Source: an uncultured Chloroflexia bacterium (lineage in GTDB: Bacteria > Chloroflexota > Limnocylindria > Limnocylindrales > CSP1-4). Taken from it: DNA of 64,000 nt. This document shows, one piece after another, positions 41,925 to 51,054 of this stretch. Each line of letters opens with the position of its first letter. Positions within the stretch are counted from its first letter, which is position 1. The notes under the pieces are model-generated. The model worked only from the letters and a program-made list of their open reading frames with translations. It was not told the DNA's origin and searched no databases. The position numbers and the translations under genes were made by a program. The stretch spans positions 31,906 through 95,905 of the forward strand of contig CAVQQU010000006.1 of NCBI GenBank assembly GCA_963715085.1, written 5' to 3'.

Positions 41925-42943
41925 GACGGCGCGGCTGCAATCAGTGGCGGGCCATCTCGTTCGGGGGGACGGGCAACCGCCATTGTCGCCGCGCGCACCG
42001 CTGCCTCGCTGGGCGGGTACGGTCCCCCGAGGTGGGTTGCGAGGAACGCCGCAATTCGCGCGCGGTAGGCCGGCGACTCGTAGAGCCAGCTATGCCGCCC
42101 GCCCGGGACGACGAGCAGCTCCGCCTCGCGATCGGAGCGCACCCTGGCCGCTTGCACCAGGAGCTCGGCATGGTGGAGGGGCACGATCTCGTCGGCGCTC
42201 CCGTGCACGACGAGGAGCGGCCCCGGGAAGGCGCCGATCGCTCGAAGGGCGTTGACTCGCCCCGGGCGATGGCCGCGGGGGCGGAGGTAGACATGCAGGG
42301 TCAGCCAGGCGAGCGGAAGCGCGATCGGTCCCGGGATTCGCAGGCCGGCGAGCTCGAAGGTTCGGCGGGTGAGCAGCCGGGGGTGCGCCGGGATCGCGGT
42401 TGCGACGAGAGCGGCGACACCGGGTTCGCTCGCCGCCGCGAGGACGGCTCCCACGGCACCCATCGAGTGGCCGAGGAGTCCCACGCTCGTGACCTCGGGC
42501 CGGCGGCGCAGGACCGCGACGGCCGCCGCCGCGTCGGCCCCGAACTCCCCGCCGCTGATGGGGAGCACCTCGGGCGGGTTTTCGCCGTGGCCACGAACGT
42601 CGAACAGCAGCGTGTGGAAGCCGGCGGCGTGGAGGAATCGGGCGTTCGGGAGCATGCGGGCCCGGCTCGACTCCCAGCCGTGCACCAGGACGACGCCCGG
42701 GCCGGGCGCGCCGCCGCTGGCGGGGATGAACCAGGCCGGAAGCGCGCCTCCCGAGGACGGGATCGCGAGCGACTCCCACGGGAGGCCAACGTCGCCCGGC
42801 GTCGCCATGAGGGGGCGGGGCTTCGGGAAGCCCGCTCGGCGCCGGTACTCGACCGCGAACCCGTAGGCGGCCGCGAGGGGGATCCCGAGGGCCGCCGCCG
42901 CGGCGCCCGTCCGGGCAGCGCGCCGGGTGGTGCTGGATGGCAT
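41921..42943 (-). CDS. Alpha/beta hydrolase
   Basis: Intact 340-aa ORF. VVLVHGWES, the nucleophile elbow LLGHSMGAVGA and LLVVHGSADEIVP are present. Its stop overlaps the nitroreductase start. Confidence 0.8.
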   Translation of the reverse strand: MPSSTTRRAARTGAAAAALGIPLAAAYGFAVEYRRRAGFPKPRPLMATPGDVGLPWESLAIPSSGGALPAWFIPASGGAPGPGVVLVHGWESSRARMLPNARFLHAAGFHTLLFDVRGHGENPPEVLPISGGEFGADAAAAVAVLRRRPEVTSVGLLGHSMGAVGAVLAAASEPGVAALVATAIPAHPRLLTRRTFELAGLRIPGPIALPLAWLTLHVYLRPRGHRPGRVNALRAIGAFPGPLLVVHGSADEIVPLHHAELLVQAARVRSDREAELLVVPGGRHSWLYESPAYRARIAAFLATHLGGPYPPSEAAVRAATMAVARPPERDGPPLIAAAPS

Positions 42944-42972
42944 GCGCCCAGCGTAGCGCCTACGATGAGCGG

Positions 42973-43686
42973 ATGGTCCGGCGCGATCCCCATGCCGTCC
43001 TCGGCGTCGCTCCCGGGGCGAGCGTCGCGGCGGTCAAGGCCGCCTGGCGGCGGCTCGCCCGGGAGCACCACCCGGACCTGACCGCGGATGCAGCCGAACG
43101 GCGGGCGGCGACCCGGCGCATGGCCGAGATCAACGCGGCCTACGCGGAGCTCCGGGACAGCGGCAGTCCCGCGACCCGGCGTACCGGATCCCGGCCCGGG
43201 ACGTCGGGGGCGCCGTCCGAAGACGGAGGCGCTGGCGCGAACGGGGCCGGAGATGCGCGACCGTCGGGCCCGCCGCCGCCACCTCGAACCCGACCTGTGA
43301 CGGCCCGCTTCGACACGACCGATCTCCTCCACCGCCGCAACGCCACGACCACGCCGCGCGGCGAGGGATACCGGCATCACCCCCGGGGCAGGCGCCCTCC
43401 CCATTCCCGCTCGGAGGTGCCCGAGCCGCCGCGTGCGTCCGACCCGACCGGTCCCCTGGAGCGGCTCCGGGCCCGGCGCAGTCGTCGCCGGCCGCTGCCG
43501 ACGCTCGAGGGAGCGCGGAGCATGACGATCGCCTTCGGGAAGTTCCACGGCCGGACGCTCGGCGAGATCGACGACCTGGAGCCGTCCTACGTGAGCTGGC
43601 TTGCCCGGGCCATCACGCGGGACCCCGACCTCCTGGACGCGGCGCGGGTGGTGGCCGCGGCGCGGACGCCTGATCCGGCGAGCTGA
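42973..43686 (+). CDS. J-domain protein with C-terminal DUF3820-like module
   Basis: The J domain reads DPHAVLGVAPGASVAAVKAAWRRLAREHHPDL..INAAYAEL. The C-terminus reads FGKFHGRTLGEIDDLEPSYVSWLA. Confidence 0.7.
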   Translation: MVRRDPHAVLGVAPGASVAAVKAAWRRLAREHHPDLTADAAERRAATRRMAEINAAYAELRDSGSPATRRTGSRPGTSGAPSEDGGAGANGAGDARPSGPPPPPRTRPVTARFDTTDLLHRRNATTTPRGEGYRHHPRGRRPPHSRSEVPEPPRASDPTGPLERLRARRSRRRPLPTLEGARSMTIAFGKFHGRTLGEIDDLEPSYVSWLARAITRDPDLLDAARVVAAARTPDPAS

Positions 43687-43710
43687 TCGAACGGTCTCGG
43701 CCGGGGCGAC

Positions 43711-43735
43711 GGGGCACCCCGACTCCGGGTGCCCC
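43711..43735 (+). terminator. GC-rich hairpin downstream of the J-domain gene
   Basis: GGGGCACCC-cgactcc-GGGTGCCCC lies 25 nt after the stop. No T-tract follows, as is common in high-GC genomes. Confidence 0.5.
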
Positions 43736-44142
43736 GCTCGGATCCCGCGAGGGCCGGTGCGGCGGCACGAGCACCGCCGGCCGATGAGTCCGCCGCCGCC
43801 GCCGCGTCCGGGCCTGCCGGCCGGATGACCATCGTTACTCGACTCGTGACCGGAATCGGCGGGACCCACCTTCGACGTCGCCCGCGGCGTCCTCGAAGAT
43901 CGTGCGTCTCCCGTCCCCGGTCCGTGGCCGACGCCCCAGGTAGCTCCCGGTGACGTGACGGCGGTGACGGGAGCACCCTAGCCCACGACCAGCCGCCCTC
44001 ACCATGGGAGGCTCGTCAGGGTGGCCCCACGTCGATGGTCGATGGCGCGGGCGCACCGTGCCGGGACTCTCGTCCGGTGCGCGCCGTCACAGCCGGGGCG
44101 GTCGGCGGCGTTCGGGAGCGGTTCGGGGTAGGCTCCCCCGCG

Positions 44143-44758
44143 ATGCGCACCTCCGTGCCCCGCGAGCGTCGCCGCCCGCGGGCTCTTGCTCTCGCCATCG
44201 GCCTGCTCGCCGGCGCGGCCCTGCTGATCGCCGGCTGCTCGTCGGCCGCCCCCGCATCCTTCGATCCGGCGACGGCCTGCGCCGGGTCGGCGCGGCAGCT
44301 GATGAAGGGCGCCTATCCGGCCCTCGAGGCCCGGATCCCGGAGGCCGTCGGCGGCATCGCGCCCGTCAGCCGAGACTCGGGTCGGTTCTGCTCGCGAGGA
44401 GACGCTGGGCTCGGTCCTCGACGCCGGCGTGACCGAGATGCGCTTCGGCGGTGGGATCTGGGAGGCGGGCGAGCGCGGTGGGCTCCAGCTCGGGGCGTTC
44501 GAGGGAGACGGGCTGACGCCGGCCCTGCTGGCCGAGGAGTACCGCCGTGCCGCGGACACGTCGCGTCGGACCGAGGCCGTGCGGGCGACGACACTCGAGA
44601 TCGCGGGCCGGCCGGCCTGGCGCATTGACGTCGTCAACGGGAACTCGCGGCAGGCGATCGTGGTGTGGGGCTCCGCTGATGGCGCGGTCGTCCAGGTCGT
44701 GGTCGCCGCCGACGTGGACGAGAGCGACCTCCAGGCAGCGATCGCCGCCTACGAGTGA
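44143..44758 (+). CDS. Putative lipoprotein (one frame break near 44395)
   Basis: Signal peptide plus lipobox LAIGLLAGAALLIAGC-SS. The C-terminal half (MRFGGGIWEAGERGGLQLGAFEGDG..VVWGSADGAVVQVVVAADVDE) is in ORF 44429..44758. Confidence 0.55.
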
Positions 44759-44814
44759 GACCGTGTCGCCGGGCAGGCCCGGCCTGGCCTGCCGCGCCCA
44801 GCGCCCGGAGTCGG

Positions 44815-45567
44815 TCAGGGCAGCTCGGGCACCTCGGCCGCCGGTCGGTCGGCCAGTTGTTCGAGAAGCGTGGCGGCATACGCGGCGGCGGCCGTGAGCG
44901 AGATCCCGGCCCAGCCGACGCGCAGGGTTGCCATGAGCGCCGCATCCTCGGCCAGATCGCCGCCGACCATGATCGGGAGCGGGTCATCGGGTCGGACGGC
45001 CTCGGCTGCAGCCACCGATGCCCGGAGCTCCTCGGCACGCTCCGGGAGCGACGCCGCCAGTCCCACGAGCTCGGCGTGGTTGCGGGCCAGGAACCGGGCG
45101 AGATCGGGTGCCGGCACGTCGGGGCCGAGGTTGGCCACCGTCCAGCCCTCGGCACAGAGCACCTGATCGAGGCAGATGAGGCCGATCGCATGATGCTCGC
45201 CGGCGACGCCCGCCAGCACCGCGAGCGGTCCGACGCGACCTTCGGGTCCCCGGGAATCGCGGATCCGCTCGAGGCTGCGGGCGAGCGTCTGGCTCGCAAG
45301 GTGCTCTTCGGCGATCGTCCAGCGGCCCTCCTGCCAACGCTGGCCGACCAGCGCCATCGCGTCGCGGACGAGCCCATCGAAGACCTGGGCGCGTGAGCGC
45401 TCGAGGAGGGCACTCTGCAGGGCCCACGCGGCCAGCTCGTCGTCCCCGTCTGCGAGCAGGCCGGCAAGCAGCTCTGGCGTCACGGTCGTGGCCGGCACGC
45501 CCTCGCTCGCCCGCGCGGGATCGACGGGAGGGAGCATCGGCAGGCGTTCGCTCATGGGACGGACCAT
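44815..45567 (-). CDS. Cobalamin (B12)-binding domain protein without a DNA-binding domain
   Basis: Intact 250-aa ORF. A four-helix B12-binding_2-like N-domain (VFDGLVRDAMALVGQRWQEGRWTIAEEHLASQ) precedes a Rossmann B12 domain (AVLAGVAGEHHAIGLICLDQVLCAEGWTVANLG). Confidence 0.7.
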   Translation of the reverse strand: MVRPMSERLPMLPPVDPARASEGVPATTVTPELLAGLLADGDDELAAWALQSALLERSRAQVFDGLVRDAMALVGQRWQEGRWTIAEEHLASQTLARSLERIRDSRGPEGRVGPLAVLAGVAGEHHAIGLICLDQVLCAEGWTVANLGPDVPAPDLARFLARNHAELVGLAASLPERAEELRASVAAAEAVRPDDPLPIMVGGDLAEDAALMATLRVGWAGISLTAAAAYAATLLEQLADRPAAEVPELP

Positions 45568-45619
45568 ACCACTCGTTCGCGGGCTGCTGGCGGCTGGATG
45601 GGGTCGCTACCATGTGCCC

Positions 45620-46097
45620 ATGTACTTCGATGCCCTGTCGTTCCTCGAGGACGAACGCGACGCCTGGCGTCCGTTCGAGGCCCTTCTCACCGTCCCCGAC
45701 GACCGTTTCGATCGTCCCGTCGCGGCCGCCCATGGCTGGTCGGCCCGGGACCTGCTCAGTCACCTCGCCGCCTACCAGTCCCACTGCCTCGACGTTGCCC
45801 GTGAGCTTGCCGTCGGCGAGCGGAGCCCGGCCCACGCCGCGATGGAGGCCGCCTGGGACGCCCGCGGCGACGCTGTCAATGACGAGCTGGCTGCTGCGTG
45901 GCGGACCCTGTCGCCGGACGAGGTTCGCCGACGGGCGGCGGACGCTCCCTGGCGAGCTGCGCGGCCATCTGACCGTCGTGCCGGAAGCCCGCTGGGTGAA
46001 GCACCCGGTCTTCGGGCCGTTCTTCGAGGACGAGCTCCTCGACCATTACGCGGACCACGAGGTGGACCTGGCGGCGGTCCTGGCGGCCGCGGAGTGA
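45620..46097 (+). CDS. DinB/MDMPI-like family protein (one frame break near 45950)
   Basis: Segments GWSARDLLSHLAAYQ, then after the join WVKHPVFGPFFEDELLDHYADHEVDL. Confidence 0.6.
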
Positions 46098-46430
46098 GCG
46101 AGGCGGGCCTTGCCGCGCTCCTGGTGGATCGGGCGACGGACCTCGAGGGAACCGAAGTGGTATCCATCTGACGGCGGAGTCGAGCTGGTGCTCGACGGCG
46201 AGCCGTTCGGGATCGTCTCCGGACGCGCGGTCGAGCTGTGCCTGCGACCCGCGGTGGCTGTGGCCGCCCTTCGAACGCCCGACACCGCCGCGTCGCCCCG
46301 CGGGCGCGGCTGGGTTCGCTTCGAGCCGTCGGTCCTGGACGAGTTCGCCCGCGATCGCGCCTCCGCGTGGCTCGAGAGCGCCTGGCGTTTCGCCGACGAG
46401 GGCGGGGTCGAAGCGCCACTTCTGTCGTGA
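46094..46430 (+). CDS. Hypothetical protein (one frame break near 46165)
   Basis: The GTG overlaps the previous stop (GTGA). The GC3-biased body reads GGVELVLDGEPFGIVSGRAVELCLRP..GWVRFEPSVLDEFARDRASAWLESAWRFA. Confidence 0.4.
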
Positions 46431-47468
46431 CGGACGCGCCGGAGCGGATCGACGCCCTGCGCGCGGCGGCTCCCGCGTACGCCCAGGTCGCCCTGGATAC
46501 GATCGGCCGCGAGTTCCCGGGCGATGCCTGGCACACGTGGCGAACGGCCGACGATGTGCCGCCGCGCCCCCGTGAGCGCACCCCGGTCTTCTGGGGCAGC
46601 TACGACTGGCACTCGTCGGTGGAGATGCACTGGGTCCTCGTGCGCCTGCTGCGGCTCGTGCCCGAGGCGTTCGCGGCGTCGGAGGCACGCACGGCCCTCG
46701 ACGCGCGGTTCGAGCCCGCGGCCCTGGTGCGCGAGGCGGCCTTCATCGCGGACCCGGACAACCGGAATCGAGAGCGGCCGTACGGCTGGGGCTGGGGCCT
46801 GGCGCTCGCCGACGAGCTGGCCCGGTGGGACGACCCCGACGGTCGCCGCTGGCGCGCGCGGCTCGAACCGCTCGTCGACGCCCTGGAGGCCAACTTCCTG
46901 GACTGGCTCCCGCGCGCGACCTACCCGGTTCGCCACGGCATCCATGGCAACAGCGCGTTCGGGCTCGGGCCTCGCCCTGCCGCACGCCGAGGCGCGGGCC
47001 GCCGCTGGCGATGCCCGCCTGCGCGACGCAATCGCGGGCGCGGCCCACCGCTGGTTCGACGCCGACGCCGACGCCCCGGGAAGCTGGGAGCCGTCGGGCT
47101 TCGACTTCCTTTCGCCCACGCTCGTCGAGGCCGAGCTCATGAGCCGGCTGATGCTCGACTGCGGCTTCCCTGGCTGGCTTGCGGCCTACCTGCCGGGTCT
47201 CGTGGACCGCGAACCGGCCGCCCTGTTCCGACCCGCGATCGTGTCCGACGCGAGCGACGGCCAGATCGCCCACCTGCACGGGCTGAACCTGTCCCGAGCC
47301 TGGTGCTGGAGACGGATCGCCGAGGCGCTCCCCCCGGGCGACCCGCGCGTGCCGGTTGCGGTCGCCGCTGCCGGCATCCATGCCGCGGCCGGGCTCCCTC
47401 ACGTCGTGGGTGGCCACTACATGGTCGAGCACTGGCTGGCCGCCTACGCGGTCCTGCTCCTCTCCTGA
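46427..47468 (+). CDS. DUF2891 domain protein (one frame break near 46965)
   Basis: The GTG overlaps the previous stop. Segments are FWGSYDWHSSVEMHWVLVRLLR, RPYGWGWGLAL, YPVRHGIHGNSAFGL, FLSPTLVEAELM, GLNLSRAWC and GGHYMVEHWLAAYAVLLL. Confidence 0.75.
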
Positions 47469-47532
47469 CTCGACGGCGCGCTGGCCGCGCGCTGCGGCTG
47501 CCGCGGCTCTGCGAGGCCCTCCGAATGCGAGA

Positions 47533-47564
47533 ACGTCCCGTCCGGGCCAGCCCGGGCGGGACGT
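47533..47564. terminator. GC-rich hairpin between convergent genes
   Basis: ACGTCCCGTCCGGG-ccag-CCCGGGCGGGACGT with one mismatch, 65 nt after the DUF2891 stop. Confidence 0.5.
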
Positions 47565-47870
47565 GGATGGACCTTGGAGGGTCAGCTCAGGGCTCAGGGA
47601 CGACGTCGTCGGTGACGTACCGCTCCAGCAAGGCGCCGAAAGCCATTGGGGCGATGGCCAATGAAGTGACGACGACGACGATGAGCAGGTCGCGAAGCAT
47701 GAAGTGCACCGTGGCGAGTTCCAACCGACCCCGGAACGATGCCGGCGCCTCGCTTCGAGCATGCGCGCCGGCCCCCGCCGGATCAAGGACGGCGGGGATA
47801 CGCGCAGGGTCGGGTTCGGGTGCAGTTGGGGACGGACGTGCGCGGGTGCCGCCGCGTGCCCCGGAACGAG

Positions 47871-47906
47871 AACCGCCCCGCCCGGGCGGACCCAGACGGG
47901 GCGGTT
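47871..47906 (-). terminator. GC-rich hairpin downstream of thioredoxin
   Basis: AACCGCCCCG-(16 nt)-CGGGGCGGTT, about 50 nt after the proposed trx stop. Confidence 0.5.
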
Positions 47907-47953
47907 GCAGGTGCGTGTTGGGGCAGAGGAGGAGGTCCGCCCCGTGCGCCCCC

Positions 47954-48306
47954 CTAGTTGGCGGGTGGGCGGGCTTGGCGTACTGGGCGAGGCTGAAGCG
48001 GGCCTCGAGCTGGTCGGCGGGCTGGAAGCCCATCACGCCCATCGGCTGCTTGCCCTCGCCCGGGAAGAACGCGATCGTCGGGATGCTCATGATGTTGAAG
48101 GCCTTGGAGAGGCCCGGGTTGGCGTCGACGTCAACCTTGACCACGTCCACCGAGCCGTCGTACTTCTCGGCGAGCTTCTCGAGCTCGGGCGCGACGAGGC
48201 GACAGGGCCCGCACCAGGCGGCCCAGAAGTCCACGATGACGGGTCGATCGGCGTGGAGCACGATCTCCTCGAAGGTCGCATCAGTCGCGTGCTTGATCTC
48301 GGCCAT
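47954..48306 (-). CDS. trxA: Thioredoxin
   Basis: The active site VDFWAAWCGPCR and SIPTIAFF are present. The ORF as given reads through to 47587. A late one-base shift would give a TAG at 47956-47954 just upstream of a hairpin, so the end is set there. Confidence 0.8.
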
Positions 48307-48357
48307 CGGTGGCGAGGTTCCTTTCTCCCGGTCAGGGCGGGTCGATGGTCGTCGCCC

Positions 48358-48654
48358 CTAGCGGGCGAGGACCTGGATGAGACGGTAGGCCTCGAGGACC
48401 TTGGGGTCCGCGAGCCGGTAGTAGACGGTGCTGCCGTCGCGCCGGGTCGTGACGAGCCCGGCCGAACGAAGCACGGCAAGGTGCTGGGACATGTTCGGGA
48501 CGTGGCATCCGACACACGTCGACAGCTCCGAGACCGATGCCTCGCCTGCGGCCAGCGTCTCGAGGACGCAGAGCCGCTTGGGGTCGGCAAGCGCACGCCC
48601 GATGAGGGCGGCGCGCTGCTGGTCCGTGGCTGCGATTGGTGTTGCGGTTGTCAC
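48358..48654 (-). CDS. ArsR/SmtB family transcriptional regulator
   Basis: Intact 98-aa ORF with ALADPKRLCVLETLAAGEASVSELSTCVGCHVPNMSQHLAVLRSAGLV. Confidence 0.85.
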   Translation of the reverse strand: MTTATPIAATDQQRAALIGRALADPKRLCVLETLAAGEASVSELSTCVGCHVPNMSQHLAVLRSAGLVTTRRDGSTVYYRLADPKVLEAYRLIQVLAR

Positions 48655-48670
48655 GGGCGAAGTATCTCAC

Positions 48671-48692
48671 CACTTGCGCAACAACGCAAGTG
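48671..48692. promoter_or_regulatory. Palindromic operator candidate upstream of arsR-trx
   Basis: CACTTGCG-caacaa-CGCAAGTG lies 17 bp upstream of the ArsR start codon. Confidence 0.5.
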
Positions 48693-48737
48693 CCGGTTGG
48701 GATGCAAGAGGCCCGCCCTCGTCCTGGTGGGCCGGCG

Positions 48738-48890
48738 CCGCCGAGCCGCCGAGCCGTCGCCGCCGAGCCGCCGCCGAGCCGCCGAGCCGCGGGGCCGAGC
48801 CGTGTGGCCGCCGAGCCGCCGCTGCCGAGCCGCGCGGCCGAGCCGTCGCCGCCGAGCCGTCGCCGCCGAGCCGCCGAGCCGAGCCGCAGC
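48738..48890. repeat. Degenerate tandem tract built on a CCGAGCC(G) core
   Basis: I count 13 copies of the GAGCC(G) core, separated by 2-9 nt spacers (GCCGCC, GTCGCCGC, GCGGGG, GTGTGGCCG...). The tract is intergenic and no frame looks protein-like. Confidence 0.8.
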
Positions 48891-49165
48891 CGGCTTTGCG
48901 CTCAACGCACAACCGGGCGACCGTCGCGACCGACCCGACGATTCTCGGCGGTCCGACGCAAGGAATGTGCCTTCCGGGCTGGCCGGGCGGTCCGGAGGAG
49001 CGGGTCGTGGCAGGAAGTCGGCGGTCCAGGGCAAGGATCTTGCCACCGGGGCCCCCAGCCGCGAGGTGAGATGCGCGGTTGTGCGTTCGACGCAAGACCC
49101 GCCGTTGGCGGCGGAGCCAGGGAGTCCGGGCAGATGGGTCCGCGGCGAGGGTGCGTGCCCTGCAG

Positions 49166-49640
49166 CTATCGCGCGAGCGTGCCGCAGACGGTGCAGAAGC
49201 TCGCGCCCGGGGCGAGGGCGGTGCCACAGCCGGAGCAGGCGAGCTCCGGCGGACCCTGCGGTGCCGGGGGAGGCGCGGGGCTGAACCGGAGGAGGTGCCG
49301 GCTGAACCGGAGGAGGTGCCGGCGCAGATAGGGGATCAGCGCGTCATCGGTTTGGTCGGAGTGCGAGCGGTCGCGTCGGCGACCGTGCCGGTCCGGAGGC
49401 AGTCCCGCCGGTGGCAGTGGCCGCCGTGGCCGGGGCCGTGCCCGGCATCGGGGTCACGCCGTCCTTCAGCGGCGTGCCGCACTTGGCGCACGCCACCCAG
49501 GCTGCGTCCTCGATCGGGGCCTGGCACTTCGGGCAGCGCCCCGCCACGAACGGGTCCACCGAGCCGCAGAACGGACACCGGGCGGCGTCGCGGGCGATGA
49601 GCTTGCCGCAGGCCGGGCACGGGTGCTTGAAGGTCGGCAT
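49166..49640 (-). CDS. Multi-zinc-ribbon protein with Pro-rich linker (about 2 frame breaks)
   Basis: The N-terminus reads MPTFKHPCPACGKLIARDAARCPFCG..GRCPKCQAPI..CAKCGTPL. After the annotated stop at 49344 the sequence continues as PAPPPVQPAPPPVQ, then ELACSGCGTALAPGASFCTVCGTLAR with TAG at 49168-49166. That tail lies in a frame not listed in the ORF track. Confidence 0.55.
49280..49321. repeat. Perfect 21-bp tandem duplication
   Basis: GCTGAACCGGAGGAGGTGCCG occurs twice in tandem and encodes PAPPPVQ twice on the minus strand. Confidence 0.9.
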
Positions 49641-49684
49641 CGTGGCTCCTCAGCTCGAGGCGGCGGGGTCGAATCGTCGTGCGC

Positions 49685-51040
49685 TCATCCGAGGCTGCCT
49701 TCGTTGCCGGCGGCTTCGGCGACCTCGGCATCCTGCGCCGTTCTGCCGGGCCAGGCGGCCGTGTCGTCGCGACAGGCGGCGTGCCATGAGATGAGATCGT
49801 CGAGGGCGGCATTCCAGCTCGCCTCGTCGCGATGGACCAGGCGGGCGACGTATGCGGCGCGTGCGGCCGCCAGGGATGGCAGCGCCCGGAGCGCAAGCCG
49901 GTAGCGGATCCCCTTCGGCGTCGCCAGCTGGTCGTCCGGAAGCGCGATCGGCTCGCGGAGGAAGCGAGCGTCCAGGAGCGCGCCCGAGACCAGGGCGACC
50001 GCCCGGGCGCTCGCCTCGACGTCGATGCCGGCGGGGTCCCGTCCGCCGGTGAAGTCCGGGCGGGGCGCGGCGCGGAAGCAGTAGGTGGCGTGAGCTCCCT
50101 CGCTCACGAGCTCGAGGGCGACCAGGTTGCCGGGGAGCGCGACCAGGAACCAGGCACGGTTGCGTTCCGGCGCGCCCGGCACCTCGGGCGCAAGGGCGAG
50201 CCAGCGCAGTGCACGCGCGCCACCGGCACGATCGCGCAGGGCGAGGTACGACGCGGTGAAGGTGGGTTCGCTCAGCATGCTCAGCTCCACGGCGTCCCAG
50301 GCCTCCCCGAGGTCGGCGGGCCCGGCCGGCCGACCGTCGACGAGGGCCGCCGCCGCGCGACCCACAGCCGCCGACGGGAGATCAGGGACGATCCGGGCGA
50401 GGATCGCGCCGGAGTCGCGGTGGGCGGCCAACGGGAGGTCGGCGAGGCGGGTTCGATGGCGCGCGGCGCCGGGGCCGAGCCGGAGGAGGTCAAACCCGGC
50501 GGCGCCGGCCATGACGCTGACGCCGCCGACCTGGGGCAGGAGGTCCACGGTCCCGATGTCCGCCCGCCGGATCCGGCGCACCGGGAGGCGCTCGTCGAGG
50601 GGGGCCAGCGTCGCGCCCCAGCCGTCCACCGCCAGCTGGGCGACGCCGGACTCGGCCGCGCTCGCCGGGTCCGCGTCACCGTGCGCCCGATACTCGACGA
50701 GCTCGACGGGCGCTCCGTCCGGCAGCTCCACGAAGGCGTCAGCGAGCCGCTGCCTGAGCCGCCGCTCGCGAAGAGCCGCGACCAGCGGGCCGACCGCGGC
50801 CCCGAACTGCTCGAGAAGCCAGCGCTCGGCATCGGGTCCGGCGCCGGTGGCGACGAGCCCCACGCCACCCGTGATCGCGAGGACCTCCAGGTCGCGGTAC
50901 GCGATGGTCCGCGGCGGTGCTCCGTCCGGGGAGATGATCACCGCCGTCTCGTCGAGCACCACGGTGCCCGCAGCGGTGCTCCCGGCCGGTCTTCGGATCT
51001 GGCCGGCGAAGGTTCGCAGGTCGGCGGCTCCGGGCGGCAT
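49685..51040 (-). CDS. Hypothetical protein (451 aa), no recognised domain
   Basis: Intact ORF with GC3 bias. Its start lies 15 nt after the upstream zinc-ribbon gene stop. Confidence 0.6.
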   Translation of the reverse strand: MPPGAADLRTFAGQIRRPAGSTAAGTVVLDETAVIISPDGAPPRTIAYRDLEVLAITGGVGLVATGAGPDAERWLLEQFGAAVGPLVAALRERRLRQRLADAFVELPDGAPVELVEYRAHGDADPASAAESGVAQLAVDGWGATLAPLDERLPVRRIRRADIGTVDLLPQVGGVSVMAGAAGFDLLRLGPGAARHRTRLADLPLAAHRDSGAILARIVPDLPSAAVGRAAAALVDGRPAGPADLGEAWDAVELSMLSEPTFTASYLALRDRAGGARALRWLALAPEVPGAPERNRAWFLVALPGNLVALELVSEGAHATYCFRAAPRPDFTGGRDPAGIDVEASARAVALVSGALLDARFLREPIALPDDQLATPKGIRYRLALRALPSLAAARAAYVARLVHRDEASWNAALDDLISWHAACRDDTAAWPGRTAQDAEVAEAAGNEGSLG

Positions 51041-51054
51041 CGTCGGGCGCCCGC

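Noticed and set aside
43850-43960. A cyclic-di-AMP (ydaO-type) riboswitch in the 450-bp leader upstream of the lipoprotein gene at 44143.
   Set aside because: GGAATCGGCGGGACCCACC and CCGACGCCCCAGGTAGCTCCCGGTGA vaguely recall the GGGGACCCA and CCGACAGCU..CCUCG boxes. However, the GGGGUGAAUC box and the pseudo-two-fold architecture are not evident. A covariance-model scan would be needed, and I would expect it to fail.
48738-48890. Possible CRISPR array, considered both here and at the CCCTGN tract 16846-17050.
   Set aside because: The repeat units are only 6-11 nt with irregular 2-9 nt gaps. There are no ~30-nt unique spacers and no cas genes. The second tract is plainly coding (QG repeats).
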